From NCBI GenBank assembly GCA_902598405.1, contig CACKBQ010000005.1, positions 3,013 through 67,012 of the forward strand: a stretch of DNA of 64,000 bases. The letters run 5' to 3'. The position numbers and the translations under genes are program-made. Source of the stretch: an uncultured Pelagibacteraceae bacterium (GTDB lineage: Bacteria; Pseudomonadota; Alphaproteobacteria; Pelagibacterales; AG-422-B15). Below, one piece after another: positions 16,856 through 27,950 of this stretch (positions are counted from its first letter, which is position 1; the number at the start of each line of letters is the position of its first letter). Below the pieces are notes generated by a model. The model ran no database searches. It saw only the letters and a program-made list of their open reading frames with translations, and had not been told where the DNA came from.

Positions 16856-17659
16856 TTAAATCGTTTTAATGATTGACCTTCCTGTATAATCGGTAATATT
16901 CATATAAGGTTGTTGATTTATTTTTTCAAAGTATTCATCAACTGCTTTCTTAGCGCCTAAGAAATGCCCATAATCATCAATTAGTAAAATTCCATTTTTT
17001 TTTAATTTAGGGTAGAGGTATTCCAGTTCAATTAACGTTGACTCATAAAAATCAGTATCTAATCTTAAAATTGCTATACTACCCGGTATATTTTCAGATT
17101 TTTTTAGCGTTTGACCAACATCTCCTTTAACAAATTTAATTGATTCATCAATTTGTATTCCAGCATTTTCAAAGTTATTCTTTACTTCGTCGATAGGGTA
17201 ATAAGTCCATGAATTATAACCCTCTTTTTGATTATCTAAATATTGCTGTCTAACACTGTTTTTATTTTCATGCGTGACATGTAAATGGTCTGGATTTCGA
17301 ACATCATAATCACTTGGCTTCGTCATTCCAGCAAATGTGTCAAACATAATTACTTTTTTGTTGGAATCGTATTTTTTAAATATCAATTTTGCTGCTATTG
17401 CATTTCCTCCAGCCGCAGTTCCACATTCGACAAAATCACCATCAATATTATTTTTGATTACATATTTACAAGACATAATTGTTGCGAATAGTCTATCATC
17501 GCTCACCATACTTAATTTATTTTTTCTTATATAATGAAAAATTGACTTATCTTTTTCATCGAATTCAGGAGGGAAGAGAATTTTCCTTTGAATTTTTTTT
17601 ATTTCATAATTGAATATTCTTAAAATTTGCTGGATGATATTTAAAAAAAATTTTTTCAT
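16856..17659 (-). CDS. TylF/MycF-family (macrocin-type) class I SAM-dependent O-methyltransferase
   Basis: 267 aa with 'GDFVECGTAAGG', 'FDTFAGM' and 'LRLDTDFYESTLIELEYLYPKL..NGILLIDDYG', the hallmark TylF motifs. Confidence 0.8.
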   Translation of the reverse strand: MKKFFLNIIQQILRIFNYEIKKIQRKILFPPEFDEKDKSIFHYIRKNKLSMVSDDRLFATIMSCKYVIKNNIDGDFVECGTAAGGNAIAAKLIFKKYDSNKKVIMFDTFAGMTKPSDYDVRNPDHLHVTHENKNSVRQQYLDNQKEGYNSWTYYPIDEVKNNFENAGIQIDESIKFVKGDVGQTLKKSENIPGSIAILRLDTDFYESTLIELEYLYPKLKKNGILLIDDYGHFLGAKKAVDEYFEKINQQPYMNITDYTGRSIIKTI

Positions 17660-17903
17660 TGGTATTGTTTACTTTTTTGATTGTCTTACTAAAACTCGAG
17701 CCTAAGAAAACATCATTATGAACGTAAAACATGAGAAATTATCAAATGTTCTCCAATTATTTTACAGCGTTTCTATATGCCTTTTTTAGGGAATAATAGC
17801 ATCTATCTGACGTTAAGTGAATCAAAATTACCCACAGATCCCGCACGGGTTTAATTTCGAATGGTAGAAATGGGATTTATGACTCGTAAGCCATTGAATT
17901 ACT

Positions 17904-17980
17904 TGGTGGGCCCACCAGGACTCGAACCTGGGACAACTCCGTTATGAGCGGAGGGCTCTAACCAACTGAGCTATGGGCCC
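17904..17980 (-). tRNA. tRNA with CAT anticodon (elongator Met or lysidine-dependent Ile2)
   Basis: The reverse complement is GGGCCCATAGCTCAGTTGGTTAGAGCCCTCCGCTCATAACGGAGTTGTCCCAGGTTCGAGTCCTGGTGGGCCCACCA. It folds as a cloverleaf: acceptor GGGCCCA/TGGGCCC, D arm GCTC/GAGC, anticodon stem CTCCG/CGGAG with loop CTCATAA, and T arm CCAGG-TTCGAGT-CCTGG. CCA is encoded. It is not an initiator, because 1-72 is paired and there is no GGG/CCC anticodon stem. C4/C5 in the acceptor stem are reminiscent of Ile2. Confidence 0.9.
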
Positions 17981-18019
17981 CATTAAACTTTTATACACAG
18001 AGATTGGCAGTCTTACAAA

Positions 18020-20035
18020 CTAGTTTTTGTCTAAGAAGCTTTTTAGAAGCTTTGCTCTAGTTGGATGCTTGAGTTTTCTGAGTGCTTTCGCTTCAATTTG
18101 TCTAATCCTTTCCCGGGTAACAGAAAACTGTTGTCCAACTTCCTCAAGTGTATGATCTGAATTCATGCCAATACCGAATCTCATTCTCAGTACCCTTTCC
18201 TCACGCGGAGTTAAAGAAGATAAAATTTTTGTTGTTGTTTGTCGCAAATTAGAGTGAATTGCAGCATCAATTGGAATAACGGCATTCTCATCCTGTATAA
18301 AGTCTCCTAAATGACTATCTTCTTCATCACCAACTGGGGTTTCAAGACTTACAGGCTCTTTAGCAATTTTTAAAACTTTTCTTACTTTCTCAAGAGGCAT
18401 ATTCAATTTCTTGGAAATTTCTTCAGGAGTTGGCTCTCTACCTATTTCGTTTAAAAGCAATCTTTGTGTTCTTACAATCTTGTTAATTGTTTCAATCATG
18501 TGTACTGGTATCCGAATTGTTCTAGCTTGGTCTGCTATTGATCTAGTAATAGCCTGCCTAATCCACCATGTTGCATAAGTTGAAAACTTATAACCTCTTC
18601 TATACTCAAATTTGTCTACAGCTTTCATCAAGCCAATATTACCTTCTTGTATTAAATCGAGGAACTGTAAACCTCTATTGGTATATTTTTTTGCGATGGA
18701 AATCACAAGCCTTAAGTTGGCCTCTATCATTTCTTTTTTAGCTATACTTGACTCCCTCTCGCCTTTTTGGACATTACTTACAATTCTCTTAAATTCGTTT
18801 AATGTTAGACCTATATTACTTGCAGCAGCTCTTACTTCGTTCATAATATTTTTAATATTATTCTTTTCATGTTTTACAAATTTTTCCCATCCCGACAATC
18901 TTGTAATTTTTCTCAACCAATATGGATTATTTTCATTTCCAATATATTTGTCTAAAAATTCATCTCTGGATATTTTATATTGGACCGCAAGTCTTAATAA
19001 CTTTCCTTCCAAAGAAATAATCTCCTTATTAATCACATATAGTCTATTAATTAACTCCTCAATTTTATTAGTATTTATTTGCAGGCCTTTTATAAGTTCA
19101 ACTACAACAGCTTTGGATGTCTGGTAGCTTTTTTCAGATCTTGATGGAAATTCTCTCCCTTTTTCTTGGAAAGCAATTTTGTCTTTCTGTAACTTTTGTA
19201 ACTTTTTAAAACTTTTATTTAGCTTTTTAAATGTTTCAAGGATCTGTGGCTTCAATTCTTCTTCCATTATTGCAATAGAAACATTTAGTTCATCATCGGC
19301 ATCTTCATATTCCTCAATTACCTGATCAGAAGAACTCTCAATCATTGGCTCTGTATCATCACCATAAGTGGAAGATTTTTTTTCAGCTTCTTTTCGCTTT
19401 CTAATTTCTTCTTTTTCCTCTTGTTCTTTTCTTTTTTTTGCCTCCTTTATTTTTTTACTCAACTCTTTTTTATTCGGAGACTCTTCAAACAAGGACTCAA
19501 GATCAATTACTTCTCGTAAAGTAATTTTTTCAGCAATAATATCATCTCTCCAGTCTAATATTGCTTGAAGAGTTAGAGGGCTCTCACATAATCCTGATAT
19601 CATTGCTTCCTGGCCAGCCTCAATTCTTTTTGCAATTGCAATCTCACCTTCACGAGACAATAAATCAACTGTTCCCATTTCCCTGAGATATAATTTAACT
19701 GGGTCATCAGTTTTTTCTGTGCCTGACTTCGTTCCAGATGTCTCGTCATCTTTATCATCGTCATTATCTGAGTCATCAGAGTCAATGATATCAAATCCAA
19801 CTTGCGATAACTTGGTTGTATATTGTTCGATTTGTTCAGATGTAAATTTGTCTTCAGGAAATGATTTTTTTATCAATTCATTAGTAAGATATCCGTCTTT
19901 TTTACCTTTTTTGATTAGTTTTTTTATTATTGATTTTTCTAAATCTAATACTGGACCATCTTGATCAGTTGATTGAACCTGCAAGATATCAATATCACTT
20001 TTGACTTGCTTTTTTTTTCTGCCTCTCTTCTTCAT
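18020..20035 (-). CDS. rpoD: RNA polymerase primary sigma factor sigma-70
   Basis: 671 aa with region 2 '[59 protein letters not shown]' and region 4 '[27 protein letters not shown]'. Confidence 0.95.
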   Translation of the reverse strand: MKKRGRKKKQVKSDIDILQVQSTDQDGPVLDLEKSIIKKLIKKGKKDGYLTNELIKKSFPEDKFTSEQIEQYTTKLSQVGFDIIDSDDSDNDDDKDDETSGTKSGTEKTDDPVKLYLREMGTVDLLSREGEIAIAKRIEAGQEAMISGLCESPLTLQAILDWRDDIIAEKITLREVIDLESLFEESPNKKELSKKIKEAKKRKEQEEKEEIRKRKEAEKKSSTYGDDTEPMIESSSDQVIEEYEDADDELNVSIAIMEEELKPQILETFKKLNKSFKKLQKLQKDKIAFQEKGREFPSRSEKSYQTSKAVVVELIKGLQINTNKIEELINRLYVINKEIISLEGKLLRLAVQYKISRDEFLDKYIGNENNPYWLRKITRLSGWEKFVKHEKNNIKNIMNEVRAAASNIGLTLNEFKRIVSNVQKGERESSIAKKEMIEANLRLVISIAKKYTNRGLQFLDLIQEGNIGLMKAVDKFEYRRGYKFSTYATWWIRQAITRSIADQARTIRIPVHMIETINKIVRTQRLLLNEIGREPTPEEISKKLNMPLEKVRKVLKIAKEPVSLETPVGDEEDSHLGDFIQDENAVIPIDAAIHSNLRQTTTKILSSLTPREERVLRMRFGIGMNSDHTLEEVGQQFSVTRERIRQIEAKALRKLKHPTRAKLLKSFLDKN

Positions 20036-20036
20036 A

Positions 20037-21842
20037 TTATTTTTTGTTAATACTTTCTTTTTTTATTCTCACAAAATTTTCAAAGCTTTTTTCGTCCATA
20101 TTTTCTTCTAGATCATTCAAAGCAATGTCTAGGTCACTTTCTTCAATTAATTTTTTATGTAAATCTAACAGACTGATAAAACTTCTTTCTACCTCCACTT
20201 TTTCATTCTTTATTATAGAGCTATAAGTGCTTAGTAGCTTTGATTGAAATATATATTTAATCTCCTGATTTAATCCCTTGTCGATTAAATAAGACTTTAA
20301 ATCAAAGTTTTCAAGCTCTTTATCAGCATTAGAAGCTGAGAATTCAAGAATTTCAGATACCAATGATGACAAATTTAGATCATTGAAGCGAATTTTTCCT
20401 AGTTCTTCTGAGTACTTCGAAATCAAGAAGGGATTCTCTATCAAGCAGATTAAGATGATTTTCTCTCGAACAACAGACTCATGGCTTTGCTTTTTAACTC
20501 TGTCGCTCGCAAGCATTTCACCAGAAATACTATTTTTTTTTCTGTTATAATTTACATTGCTGGAGATATTTTTGTTAAATTTTAGATCACTTAATTTATC
20601 ATTAAAAAATTTGTTATAGTATTCACGTACTGTTTTGTTATTTATTTTGTTTGTTAGTATTCTTACTCTTTTTTCGAAACCAGCTTTTTTCTCAGGTATG
20701 GAAATATCTTCTTTTTCAAGTTCCGTATTCCAAATAAATTCAGATAGTGAAAGGGAATTATCAATAACGCCTTGCAAGCTTGATGGTTTATTTTTATTCA
20801 AATAATCATCAGGATCATAATCTTTTGGTAATAAACAAAATCGAATAGAAAAATCTGGTAATAGATTCTTTAATGCAAGTAATGCAACTCTCTGCGCAGC
20901 TTTTTGACCAGCTTCATCTCCATCAAACATAATTATAGGATTTTGACAAGCTTTCCACGCTCGATCAAGTTGGTAACTTGTAAGTGCAGTACCTAATGGT
21001 GCCACTGAAGATTTAAAGTTATTTTGATATAAAGTAATAACATCCATGTACCCTTCAACAATAATTAATTCTTTTGGCTTTCTATTATCTTCAATTGCAA
21101 GATTTAAATTATAAAGTTGAAAACTTTTTTTGAAAATTGGACTATCTGATGAATTTATATATTTTATGTTAGAATTATCTAGAGCTCTTCCTCCAAAAGC
21201 AATTATATTTGATTTGTGATCTTTAATTGGAAACATTAATCGATTACGAAAGAAATCATAAAATTCACCTTTTTTCTTATTTGATTTTTTAATTAGACCG
21301 ATAGAGATAGCATCATCAATACTCATTCCTTTTTTCAACAAATGCTTATATAGGTTATTGCTACCATTGCCAGAATAGCCTAATTCAAATTTTTTAATGA
21401 TATTCTCATCAATTGATCTTTTATCTATGTACTTTTGAGCTTCTGAACTAGCATTTAGCTGCTCTTTAAAATACCTATTAGCTTCGTTGATTATTTTTCT
21501 TAAACTTGAAAAATCTTTTTCTACATAATTTGGATCTCGAATAATCCCAGTTTCAGGATTCAAACCTGCTTGGTTTGCCAAATATTCAATTGATTCTGGA
21601 TAAGACATATTTTTATGTTTCATTAAAAAGGAGAAAATATCACCATGTTCAGCACTACTGAAACAATGATAGAATTCTTTTTCATCATTGACCGTGAATG
21701 AGGGTGTCTTTTCATTTTTAAATGGACTTAGCCCAACAAACTCATTTCCTCTTTGAGTAAGTTTTACAAATTTCCCAACAACATCCGAAACACGTAATCT
21801 TGTTTTAATTTCTCCAATAAATTCTTTTGAATATCTGGGCAT
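20037..21842 (-). CDS. dnaG: DNA primase
   Basis: 601 aa with a zinc-ribbon region '[36 protein letters not shown]' and a TOPRIM '[10 protein letters not shown]...[11 protein letters not shown]'. It lies directly upstream of rpoD, the conserved pair. Confidence 0.95.
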   Translation of the reverse strand: MPRYSKEFIGEIKTRLRVSDVVGKFVKLTQRGNEFVGLSPFKNEKTPSFTVNDEKEFYHCFSSAEHGDIFSFLMKHKNMSYPESIEYLANQAGLNPETGIIRDPNYVEKDFSSLRKIINEANRYFKEQLNASSEAQKYIDKRSIDENIIKKFELGYSGNGSNNLYKHLLKKGMSIDDAISIGLIKKSNKKKGEFYDFFRNRLMFPIKDHKSNIIAFGGRALDNSNIKYINSSDSPIFKKSFQLYNLNLAIEDNRKPKELIIVEGYMDVITLYQNNFKSSVAPLGTALTSYQLDRAWKACQNPIIMFDGDEAGQKAAQRVALLALKNLLPDFSIRFCLLPKDYDPDDYLNKNKPSSLQGVIDNSLSLSEFIWNTELEKEDISIPEKKAGFEKRVRILTNKINNKTVREYYNKFFNDKLSDLKFNKNISSNVNYNRKKNSISGEMLASDRVKKQSHESVVREKIILICLIENPFLISKYSEELGKIRFNDLNLSSLVSEILEFSASNADKELENFDLKSYLIDKGLNQEIKYIFQSKLLSTYSSIIKNEKVEVERSFISLLDLHKKLIEESDLDIALNDLEENMDEKSFENFVRIKKESINKK

Positions 21843-21889
21843 AAATAAAATATATTACTTGAACATAGTTAGGAATAGCTATCAAGTAT

Positions 21890-22348
21890 CTATAAATTTT
21901 GAAGTTTTTCCTTTATAATTTTACTTGCTAAAGAAATATCAAGAGCTGGTGAGCTATTTTCCTTCAAATATTTTATCACTTTTCCTATTTCCTTTAGTGA
22001 TTTTGCTTCAGTTGCACCAATCGCTTCTTCACAAGCTATCATAGTCTCTTCCTCACCAAGTTGCTTAGGAAGAAACTCACTAATTATATCAATCTCGCTA
22101 TTTTCCTTCTGTACAAGCTCATCTCGTCCTGCTTTTTTAAACATATCAATCGAATCATTTCTTTGCTTCACCATTTTTTTAAGAAGACTAATAATTGTAT
22201 CATCTGAAATAGTAGAATCTTCTCCTGAGGAGCGACTTGCAATTTCTTTATCTTTAATAGCAGCTAGTACCAGTCTTAATGTATGGATTCTCTCTTTATC
22301 CCCATTTTTGAGAGCATTAGATAATTCGGTTGTGATGTTTTCTTTCAT
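21890..22348 (-). CDS. GatB/YqeY domain protein
   Basis: 152 aa with 'L..A.K.GDK....TLRLVLAAIKDKEI' and 'MVKQRNDSIDMFKKAGRDELVQKENSEI', typical of YqeY. Confidence 0.85.
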   Translation of the reverse strand: MKENITTELSNALKNGDKERIHTLRLVLAAIKDKEIASRSSGEDSTISDDTIISLLKKMVKQRNDSIDMFKKAGRDELVQKENSEIDIISEFLPKQLGEEETMIACEEAIGATEAKSLKEIGKVIKYLKENSSPALDISLASKIIKEKLQNL

Positions 22349-22479
22349 TTGAAATAAACATAAAACCTACATCATCAGATATATTGTGGCAATAATAGAT
22401 CTAATATTTATTATCTTATCTAACTATTGCATGAATTCCCCATTTGCACTAAATTTCTATAAATCTAGAATCACTACAT

Positions 22480-23628
22480 ATGGTTAATGCGAATAGGTTG
22501 AAAAAAGATCTCTCAACAGCTCGACCTAAACCTATTGAAGGTCAACTTATTCTAGAAGATGGTTCCCGATTTAATGGACTAAAAATTGGCTCTCCCAATA
22601 TGGAAATAGGAGAAGTTTGTTTTAATACCTCAATGACGGGCTATCAAGAAATAATAACTGACCCTTCTTATGCAGGACAAATAATCAATTTTACTTTTCC
22701 TCACATTGGTAATGTAGGTACAAATCTTGATGATAACGAGTCTAGTAAACCGTATGCGAAAGGAATCATAATTAACTGTGATATTTCTGATCCATCAAAC
22801 TATAGATCTATCCTTCATCTCGATGCGTGGCTTAAAAAAAACAACGTACCAGGTATCTGTAATATTGATACCAGACTAATTACAAATAGAATCCGTTCTA
22901 AAGGTGCGCCGAAAGGTGGCATTATCGAAGGTCCAATAAACAAAAAAAAGACCACATTCTGTTTAAAGAAAATAAAAAAATGGAAGGGACTTAATGGGCT
23001 AGATCTAGCTATCGATGTGTCACGCAAGGATATAAAAATTTATAAATCTAAAAAAAATTCAAAACTTAAAGTTGTAGCAATAGATTATGGAATTAAGAAA
23101 AATATATTAAACTGCTTATTAGATTTAAATTTAGAAGTTATTTTAGTTCCAGCTAAAACCTCTGTAGAGAAAATACTATCTTATAGTCCTAATGGTATTT
23201 TTCTCTCAAACGGTCCAGGTGATCCGAAGGCGACAGGAAAATACGCGATTCCAATTATAAAAAAACTTATTGAGTCAAGGATCCCATTATTTGGAATATG
23301 TCTTGGCCATCAACTTATTTCTTTAGCATTAGGAGCAAAGACAAAAAAAATGTTTCAAGGTCACAGAGGGGCCAATCATCCGGTTAAAAATCTTGAAACG
23401 GAAAAAGTAGAGATTACATCTCAAAACCATGGTTTTGAAGTAACTGAAAAATCTATTCCAAAAGATGTAAAAATAACTCACAAATCGTTATTCGATGGAA
23501 GCATTGAAGGCATTAGAAAAGGAAAAAATATATTTGCGGTTCAATATCACCCAGAAGCAAGTCCAGGACCGCACGATAGTCATTATCTTTTTCAAGAATT
23601 TAAAAAAATGATTAATCATAATGCCTAA
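22480..23628 (+). CDS. carA: Carbamoyl-phosphate synthase small (glutaminase) subunit
   Basis: 382 aa with '[29 protein letters not shown]', the catalytic 'GICLGHQL' and '[13 protein letters not shown]'. Confidence 0.95.
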   Translation: MVNANRLKKDLSTARPKPIEGQLILEDGSRFNGLKIGSPNMEIGEVCFNTSMTGYQEIITDPSYAGQIINFTFPHIGNVGTNLDDNESSKPYAKGIIINCDISDPSNYRSILHLDAWLKKNNVPGICNIDTRLITNRIRSKGAPKGGIIEGPINKKKTTFCLKKIKKWKGLNGLDLAIDVSRKDIKIYKSKKNSKLKVVAIDYGIKKNILNCLLDLNLEVILVPAKTSVEKILSYSPNGIFLSNGPGDPKATGKYAIPIIKKLIESRIPLFGICLGHQLISLALGAKTKKMFQGHRGANHPVKNLETEKVEITSQNHGFEVTEKSIPKDVKITHKSLFDGSIEGIRKGKNIFAVQYHPEASPGPHDSHYLFQEFKKMINHNA

Positions 23629-26600
23629 GAGAAAGGACATAAAATCTATTTTAATTGTAGGAGCTGGTCCAATAATAATCGGACAAGCATGCGAGTTCGA
23701 TTATTCAGGAACACAGGCTTGTAAGGCATTACGAGAAGAGGGATATAGAGTAATTCTAATTAATTCTAATCCTGCAACTATAATGACTGATCCTGATACT
23801 GCTGATGTAGTATACATCGAACCAATCACACCTGAAATTGTTGCAAAAATTATTAAGAAAGAAAGACCAGATGTACTTCTACCTACAATGGGTGGTCAGA
23901 CAGCGTTAAATATAGCAATTGAACTTTCGAAAGATGGAACTTTAAAAAAGTATAAAGTTGAACTAATTGGTGCAAATCTTAAAGCAATCAAAAAGGCAGA
24001 AGAAAGAGAAAGTTTTTATAAAGCCATGACTAAGATTGGCTTAGAGTGCCCAAGAGCAGAGATTGCAAGAAATTTTAAAGACGCAAAAAAGGCTTTAAAG
24101 AAAATTGGATTACCTGTCATCATAAGACCATCGTTCACACTTGGAGGCACAGGTGGAGGAATCGCAACTACCGAGAAACAGTTCGAAGAAATTGCAAATT
24201 CTGGACTTTATAACTCACCAATAAATGAAATTTTAATTGAAGAGTCTGTAGCTGGATGGAAAGAATTTGAAATGGAAGTTGTGAGAGATAAAAACGATAA
24301 TTGTATAATAATATGCTCAATTGAAAATGTAGACCCCATGGGAGTTCATACAGGTGACTCTATAACAATAGCGCCTGCACTTACTTTAACTGATAAAGAA
24401 TATCAAATTATGAGAAACGCATCCATTGCATGTCTCAGAGAAATTGGTGTTGAAACTGGAGGCTCTAATGTTCAATTTGCTGTTAATCCAAAAAATGGAA
24501 GGCTTGTAATCATTGAAATGAACCCAAGAGTTTCCAGATCTTCTGCTTTAGCTTCTAAGGCGACAGGCTTTCCAATTGCCAAAGTTGCTGCTAAATTAGC
24601 AGTTGGGTACACATTAGATGAACTTACTAACGAAATTACGAAAGTTACACCTGCATCGTTTGAGCCAACAATTGACTATGTAGTTACTAAAATTCCAAGA
24701 TTTACCTTTGAAAAATTTCAATTAACGCAACCTTTGCTATCAAGTTCAATGAAATCTGTTGGTGAAGTCATGGCTATTGGAAGGTCATTTCCAGAGTCAT
24801 TGCAAAAAGCAATGAGGTCGCTTGAAACTGGTTTAGACGGCTTAGACGAAGTAACTGAAAGTATGAATAAAAAAAAGCTCACAAAGAAAAATATTTTATC
24901 TGAACTTAAGAAACCTCTTGCAGATAAACTATTATTAGTGGCTCAGGCACTACGTTTTGGATTAGATATAGTTCAAATTCATAAGTCCTCAAAAGTTGAT
25001 CCTTGGTTTATTGGTCAAATAAAAAGGATAGTTGATACAGAAAAAACCCTAAAAAAAGGATTGCCACGGAACGCTAAAGAATTGCTTAGAATAAAATCTT
25101 TGGGATTTTCGGACAAAAAAATTTCACAGCTCTGTAATACTAAAGAAGAGAAAATTTTTAAAATGCGTGTCAAAAACAAAATTTTTCCTGACTTTAAAAG
25201 AATAGATACCTGTGCTGCTGAGTTTGAGGCTAAGACCCCATACATGTACTCAACTTACGCTAAAAATTCTTTAAGTAGTGACGCATGCGAATCCAGTCCA
25301 ACAAGTAAAAAAAAGGTAATTATTCTTGGAAGTGGTCCAAATCGAATTGGGCAAGGTGTTGAATTTGATTATTGCTGCTGTCATGCTTCATTTGCCCTAA
25401 AAGAATTAAAATATGAAACAATCATGATCAACTGTAATCCAGAGACAGTCTCAACCGATCCAGATACCAGTGACAGACTTTATTTTGAACCCCTTACGAA
25501 TGAAAATGTATATGAAATTATTAGAAAGGAAAAAAGCAAAGGAAATCTTTTAGGGGTTATTGTTCAATTCGGAGGCCAGACACCTCTTAAGTTGTCTGAC
25601 TATTTAAATAAAATGAATATACCAATTTTAGGTACTTCAACCGAGTCGATTGATACTGCTGAAGACAGAGAAAAATTTAAAAAGATTTCTGAAAACTTAA
25701 ATCTATTACAACCAGCAAATGGTATTGCATATTCTGAAAAAGAAGCTAACTCAGTAATTAAGAAAATAGGTTTTCCAGCAGTAATAAGGCCATCATATGT
25801 ATTAGGCGGAAGAGCTATGGAAATTGTTCACAATGAAGATGAATTAAAAAAATACTTTAAAGAAGCTGTAGTAGTTAGTGGTAAAAGCCCTGTACTAATT
25901 GATCACTATTTGAAAGACTCTATTGAAGTAGATGTCGATGCTGTGTCTGATGGAAAAAAAGTCATTATTGCTGGTATTATGGAACATATTGAGGAAGCAG
26001 GAATCCATTCTGGTGACTCGACATGCACGTTACCTCCTTACTCATTGTCGGAAAAAATCATTAAAGATATAGAAAAGCAGACCAAAAAATTAGCTATTGC
26101 ACTGAAGGTGAAGGGCTTGCTAAATATACAATTTGCAATTCAAAATAATAATATATTTTTACTTGAGGTTAATCCCAGAAGTAGTCGAACTGTGCCATTT
26201 GTAGCTAAAGCCACAGGTAATCCAATTGTAAAAATAGCACTCAGTGCAGCAATGGGAAATCCGTTGAATAAAGATAAATTTAAAATTGGTAAAACTAATT
26301 GTATCTCAATTAAAGAACCTGTTTTTCCTTTTAAACGCTTTCCTAATGTTGATACCATCTTAGGCCCTGAAATGAAATCTACTGGGGAGGTAATGGCCAT
26401 CGATAAGTCATTTGAGTCAGCTTTTATCAAATGTCAGTTAGCTTCCTCAAACCCTCTTCCTAGGAAAGGTTCTTTATTCGTATCTGTAAAAGACTCTGAC
26501 AAGCCAAAAATACTTCCAATTATAAGATCTTTTCAGAAATTAGGATTTCAAGTGAATGCGACTGCAGGAACAGCTGATTATTTGATTGAGGGTGGTGTTA

Positions 26601-26857
26601 AGGTTAGGAAAATTAACAAGGTTTCTCAAGGATCACCTCATATTGTTGAAGAGTTAATTGATGACAAAGTTGATATAATAATTAATACAACTGAAGGAAG
26701 AAAATCAATTAACGACTCGTTTGGCATAAGAAGAACTGCTCTCATGAAAAGTTTGCCATACTTTCTCACGGTATCTGGTGCAAGGGCTGCTATTAATTCA
26801 ATTAAAGAATTAAGAAATAATGAATTAGAAGTTAACCCTATAACTAAATTTCACTAA
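23621..26857 (+). CDS. carB: Carbamoyl-phosphate synthase large subunit
   Basis: 1078 aa with duplicated ATP-grasp halves ('[20 protein letters not shown]', '[17 protein letters not shown]'). It overlaps carA by 8 nt. Confidence 0.97.
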   Translation: MPKRKDIKSILIVGAGPIIIGQACEFDYSGTQACKALREEGYRVILINSNPATIMTDPDTADVVYIEPITPEIVAKIIKKERPDVLLPTMGGQTALNIAIELSKDGTLKKYKVELIGANLKAIKKAEERESFYKAMTKIGLECPRAEIARNFKDAKKALKKIGLPVIIRPSFTLGGTGGGIATTEKQFEEIANSGLYNSPINEILIEESVAGWKEFEMEVVRDKNDNCIIICSIENVDPMGVHTGDSITIAPALTLTDKEYQIMRNASIACLREIGVETGGSNVQFAVNPKNGRLVIIEMNPRVSRSSALASKATGFPIAKVAAKLAVGYTLDELTNEITKVTPASFEPTIDYVVTKIPRFTFEKFQLTQPLLSSSMKSVGEVMAIGRSFPESLQKAMRSLETGLDGLDEVTESMNKKKLTKKNILSELKKPLADKLLLVAQALRFGLDIVQIHKSSKVDPWFIGQIKRIVDTEKTLKKGLPRNAKELLRIKSLGFSDKKISQLCNTKEEKIFKMRVKNKIFPDFKRIDTCAAEFEAKTPYMYSTYAKNSLSSDACESSPTSKKKVIILGSGPNRIGQGVEFDYCCCHASFALKELKYETIMINCNPETVSTDPDTSDRLYFEPLTNENVYEIIRKEKSKGNLLGVIVQFGGQTPLKLSDYLNKMNIPILGTSTESIDTAEDREKFKKISENLNLLQPANGIAYSEKEANSVIKKIGFPAVIRPSYVLGGRAMEIVHNEDELKKYFKEAVVVSGKSPVLIDHYLKDSIEVDVDAVSDGKKVIIAGIMEHIEEAGIHSGDSTCTLPPYSLSEKIIKDIEKQTKKLAIALKVKGLLNIQFAIQNNNIFLLEVNPRSSRTVPFVAKATGNPIVKIALSAAMGNPLNKDKFKIGKTNCISIKEPVFPFKRFPNVDTILGPEMKSTGEVMAIDKSFESAFIKCQLASSNPLPRKGSLFVSVKDSDKPKILPIIRSFQKLGFQVNATAGTADYLIEGGVKVRKINKVSQGSPHIVEELIDDKVDIIINTTEGRKSINDSFGIRRTALMKSLPYFLTVSGARAAINSIKELRNNELEVNPITKFH

Positions 26858-27339
26858 TCTAGAGGAACAGTGCCTAGTTTCTTTGTATTTTTTATGACAA
26901 AAGCTGTTTTGACACTCAAAATATTTTCATTTGAAGTCACATGTGTTGTTAAAAAATTATTAAATTCATTCATATTTTTGACCACACACTTAAGAATGAA
27001 ATCTATTTCACCGTTTAGCATAAAACATTCTCTAATAGGCTCCAAACCCCAGACCAGCTTTTCAAAAGACCCCAGGCTTTCTTCATTTTGATTTTTTAAA
27101 CTCACAAATATCCATGCTACTAAGTCATAGCCAAGCTTTGATGGATCTAGATTTGCACGAAAACCATCAATATAACCATTATCTTCTAAGTCTCTTACTC
27201 TTCTGAGTGTAGGCGGTGGAGACATTTCAATTTTCTTAGACAAATCTAGATTTGAAATTCTTCCTTCATCTTGAAGTATTCGAAGTATTTTTAGATCAAC
27301 ACTATCTATTTCTTTTTTTACCATCAGTCTACTGGCCAC
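26854..27339 (-). CDS. Lrp/AsnC-family transcriptional regulator
   Basis: 161 aa with '[43 protein letters not shown]' and a RAM-type C-terminal domain. Confidence 0.85.
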   Translation of the reverse strand: MASRLMVKKEIDSVDLKILRILQDEGRISNLDLSKKIEMSPPPTLRRVRDLEDNGYIDGFRANLDPSKLGYDLVAWIFVSLKNQNEESLGSFEKLVWGLEPIRECFMLNGEIDFILKCVVKNMNEFNNFLTTHVTSNENILSVKTAFVIKNTKKLGTVPLD

Positions 27340-27950
27340 TCTGTTTCAAAAGTAACATAATTTAATTGCAAGCAGCGTCTTTCTTTTTTGATTTTTTTCT
27401 TTTCAAGTCCGTGCCATGAGTTTTCTTCAGAAGTAAAAATATACCCTGTATTATTTTTATAAGGTAGAGTTTTAGCGACTTTTAAATCCGGAGTATAAAA
27501 ATCCGTCCCCAAATTTTCATTTTCTCCGTATCTATTTACAAACAGAATTGATGACATCAATTTTTCCTTGATGTCACAGTGAGGTTCAAGCCAAAATCCA
27601 TCTCGATCGGCAATGACTTCTAATCTAACATAAGAATTTTTTAGATCTCTATTAATTAGATTAGAAATGAAGTCAGTACATTCTTTTGATTGCATTTCTT
27701 TTACTAGCCCAGATAATTCAGTATATTCCTCTGCATTATCTTTATTGATAAATACTCTTAACTTACTAAGTAAGTTATCCCCTGTTTTGTCTCCTGCTCT
27801 TGTACCATCGAAAATAACTTTACCTTCAGGAAAATTAATAGAATAAATTTCATCTATTGCTTTTTCTGAAAGAGGATTGTTAATTATCCAATGATTAAAA
27901 GGTACATTGGAATGTGATAAATTATTTTTCAAAGCATTGATTAATGTCAT
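27324..27950 (-). CDS. Hypothetical protein, possibly a 2OG-Fe(II)-oxygenase-like cupin
   Basis: 208 aa with a candidate H-x-D ('EPHCD'), a distal His ('SWHGL') and a basic residue ('RRCLQLNY'). The assignment rests on the motif pattern only. Confidence 0.4.
   Translation of the reverse strand: MTLINALKNNLSHSNVPFNHWIINNPLSEKAIDEIYSINFPEGKVIFDGTRAGDKTGDNLLSKLRVFINKDNAEEYTELSGLVKEMQSKECTDFISNLINRDLKNSYVRLEVIADRDGFWLEPHCDIKEKLMSSILFVNRYGENENLGTDFYTPDLKVAKTLPYKNNTGYIFTSEENSWHGLEKKKIKKERRCLQLNYVTFETEWPVD

Larger units (their letters stand above)
16043..17903. mobile_element. Putative tRNA-linked array of two integrase-less gene cassettes (additive mini-island)
   Basis: The region is bounded and subdivided by direct repeats of the 3' half of the adjacent tRNA(CAT): 16043-16088, 16762-16808 and the gene itself at 17904-17950. 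It contains only two unrelated accessory genes. About 670 nt of non-coding DNA sit here, in a genome that has almost none elsewhere. Confidence 0.4.

Noticed and set aside
17718-17789. 23-codon plus-strand ORF (MNVKHEKLSNVLQLFYSVSICLF) and a GC-rich CCCGCACGGG element in the 244-nt spacer between the methyltransferase and the tRNA.
   Set aside because: The ORF is very short and lacks supporting signals. The GC-rich element would form only a 4-bp stem with a 2-nt loop, which is sterically implausible.
15976-18019. Complete prophage, ICE or integrative element at the tRNA.
   Set aside because: There is no integrase, excisionase, replication, structural or transfer gene. Only two cargo genes are present. 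I therefore describe att-like repeats and cassettes only, not an autonomous mobile element.
18612-19127. 171-aa ORF antisense to rpoD. The same applies to similar track ORFs: 19368-19568, 19719-19964, 1506-1796, 2361-2552, 3979-4212, 6548-6994, 7455-7685, 8555-8818, 11286-11764, 12715-12897, 13220-13429, 17285-17534, 20044-20226, 22815-23027, 25015-25245, 26140-26430, 26870-27091, 31372-31686, 32507-33217, 33259-33573, 38432-38632, 38728-38955, 39138-39323 and 40644-40925.
   Set aside because: All lie entirely inside strongly supported genes on the opposite strand or in another frame. Their composition is low-complexity Ser/Phe/Leu/Ile-rich, as expected from reading AT-rich coding DNA out of frame. 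None shows a recognisable motif.
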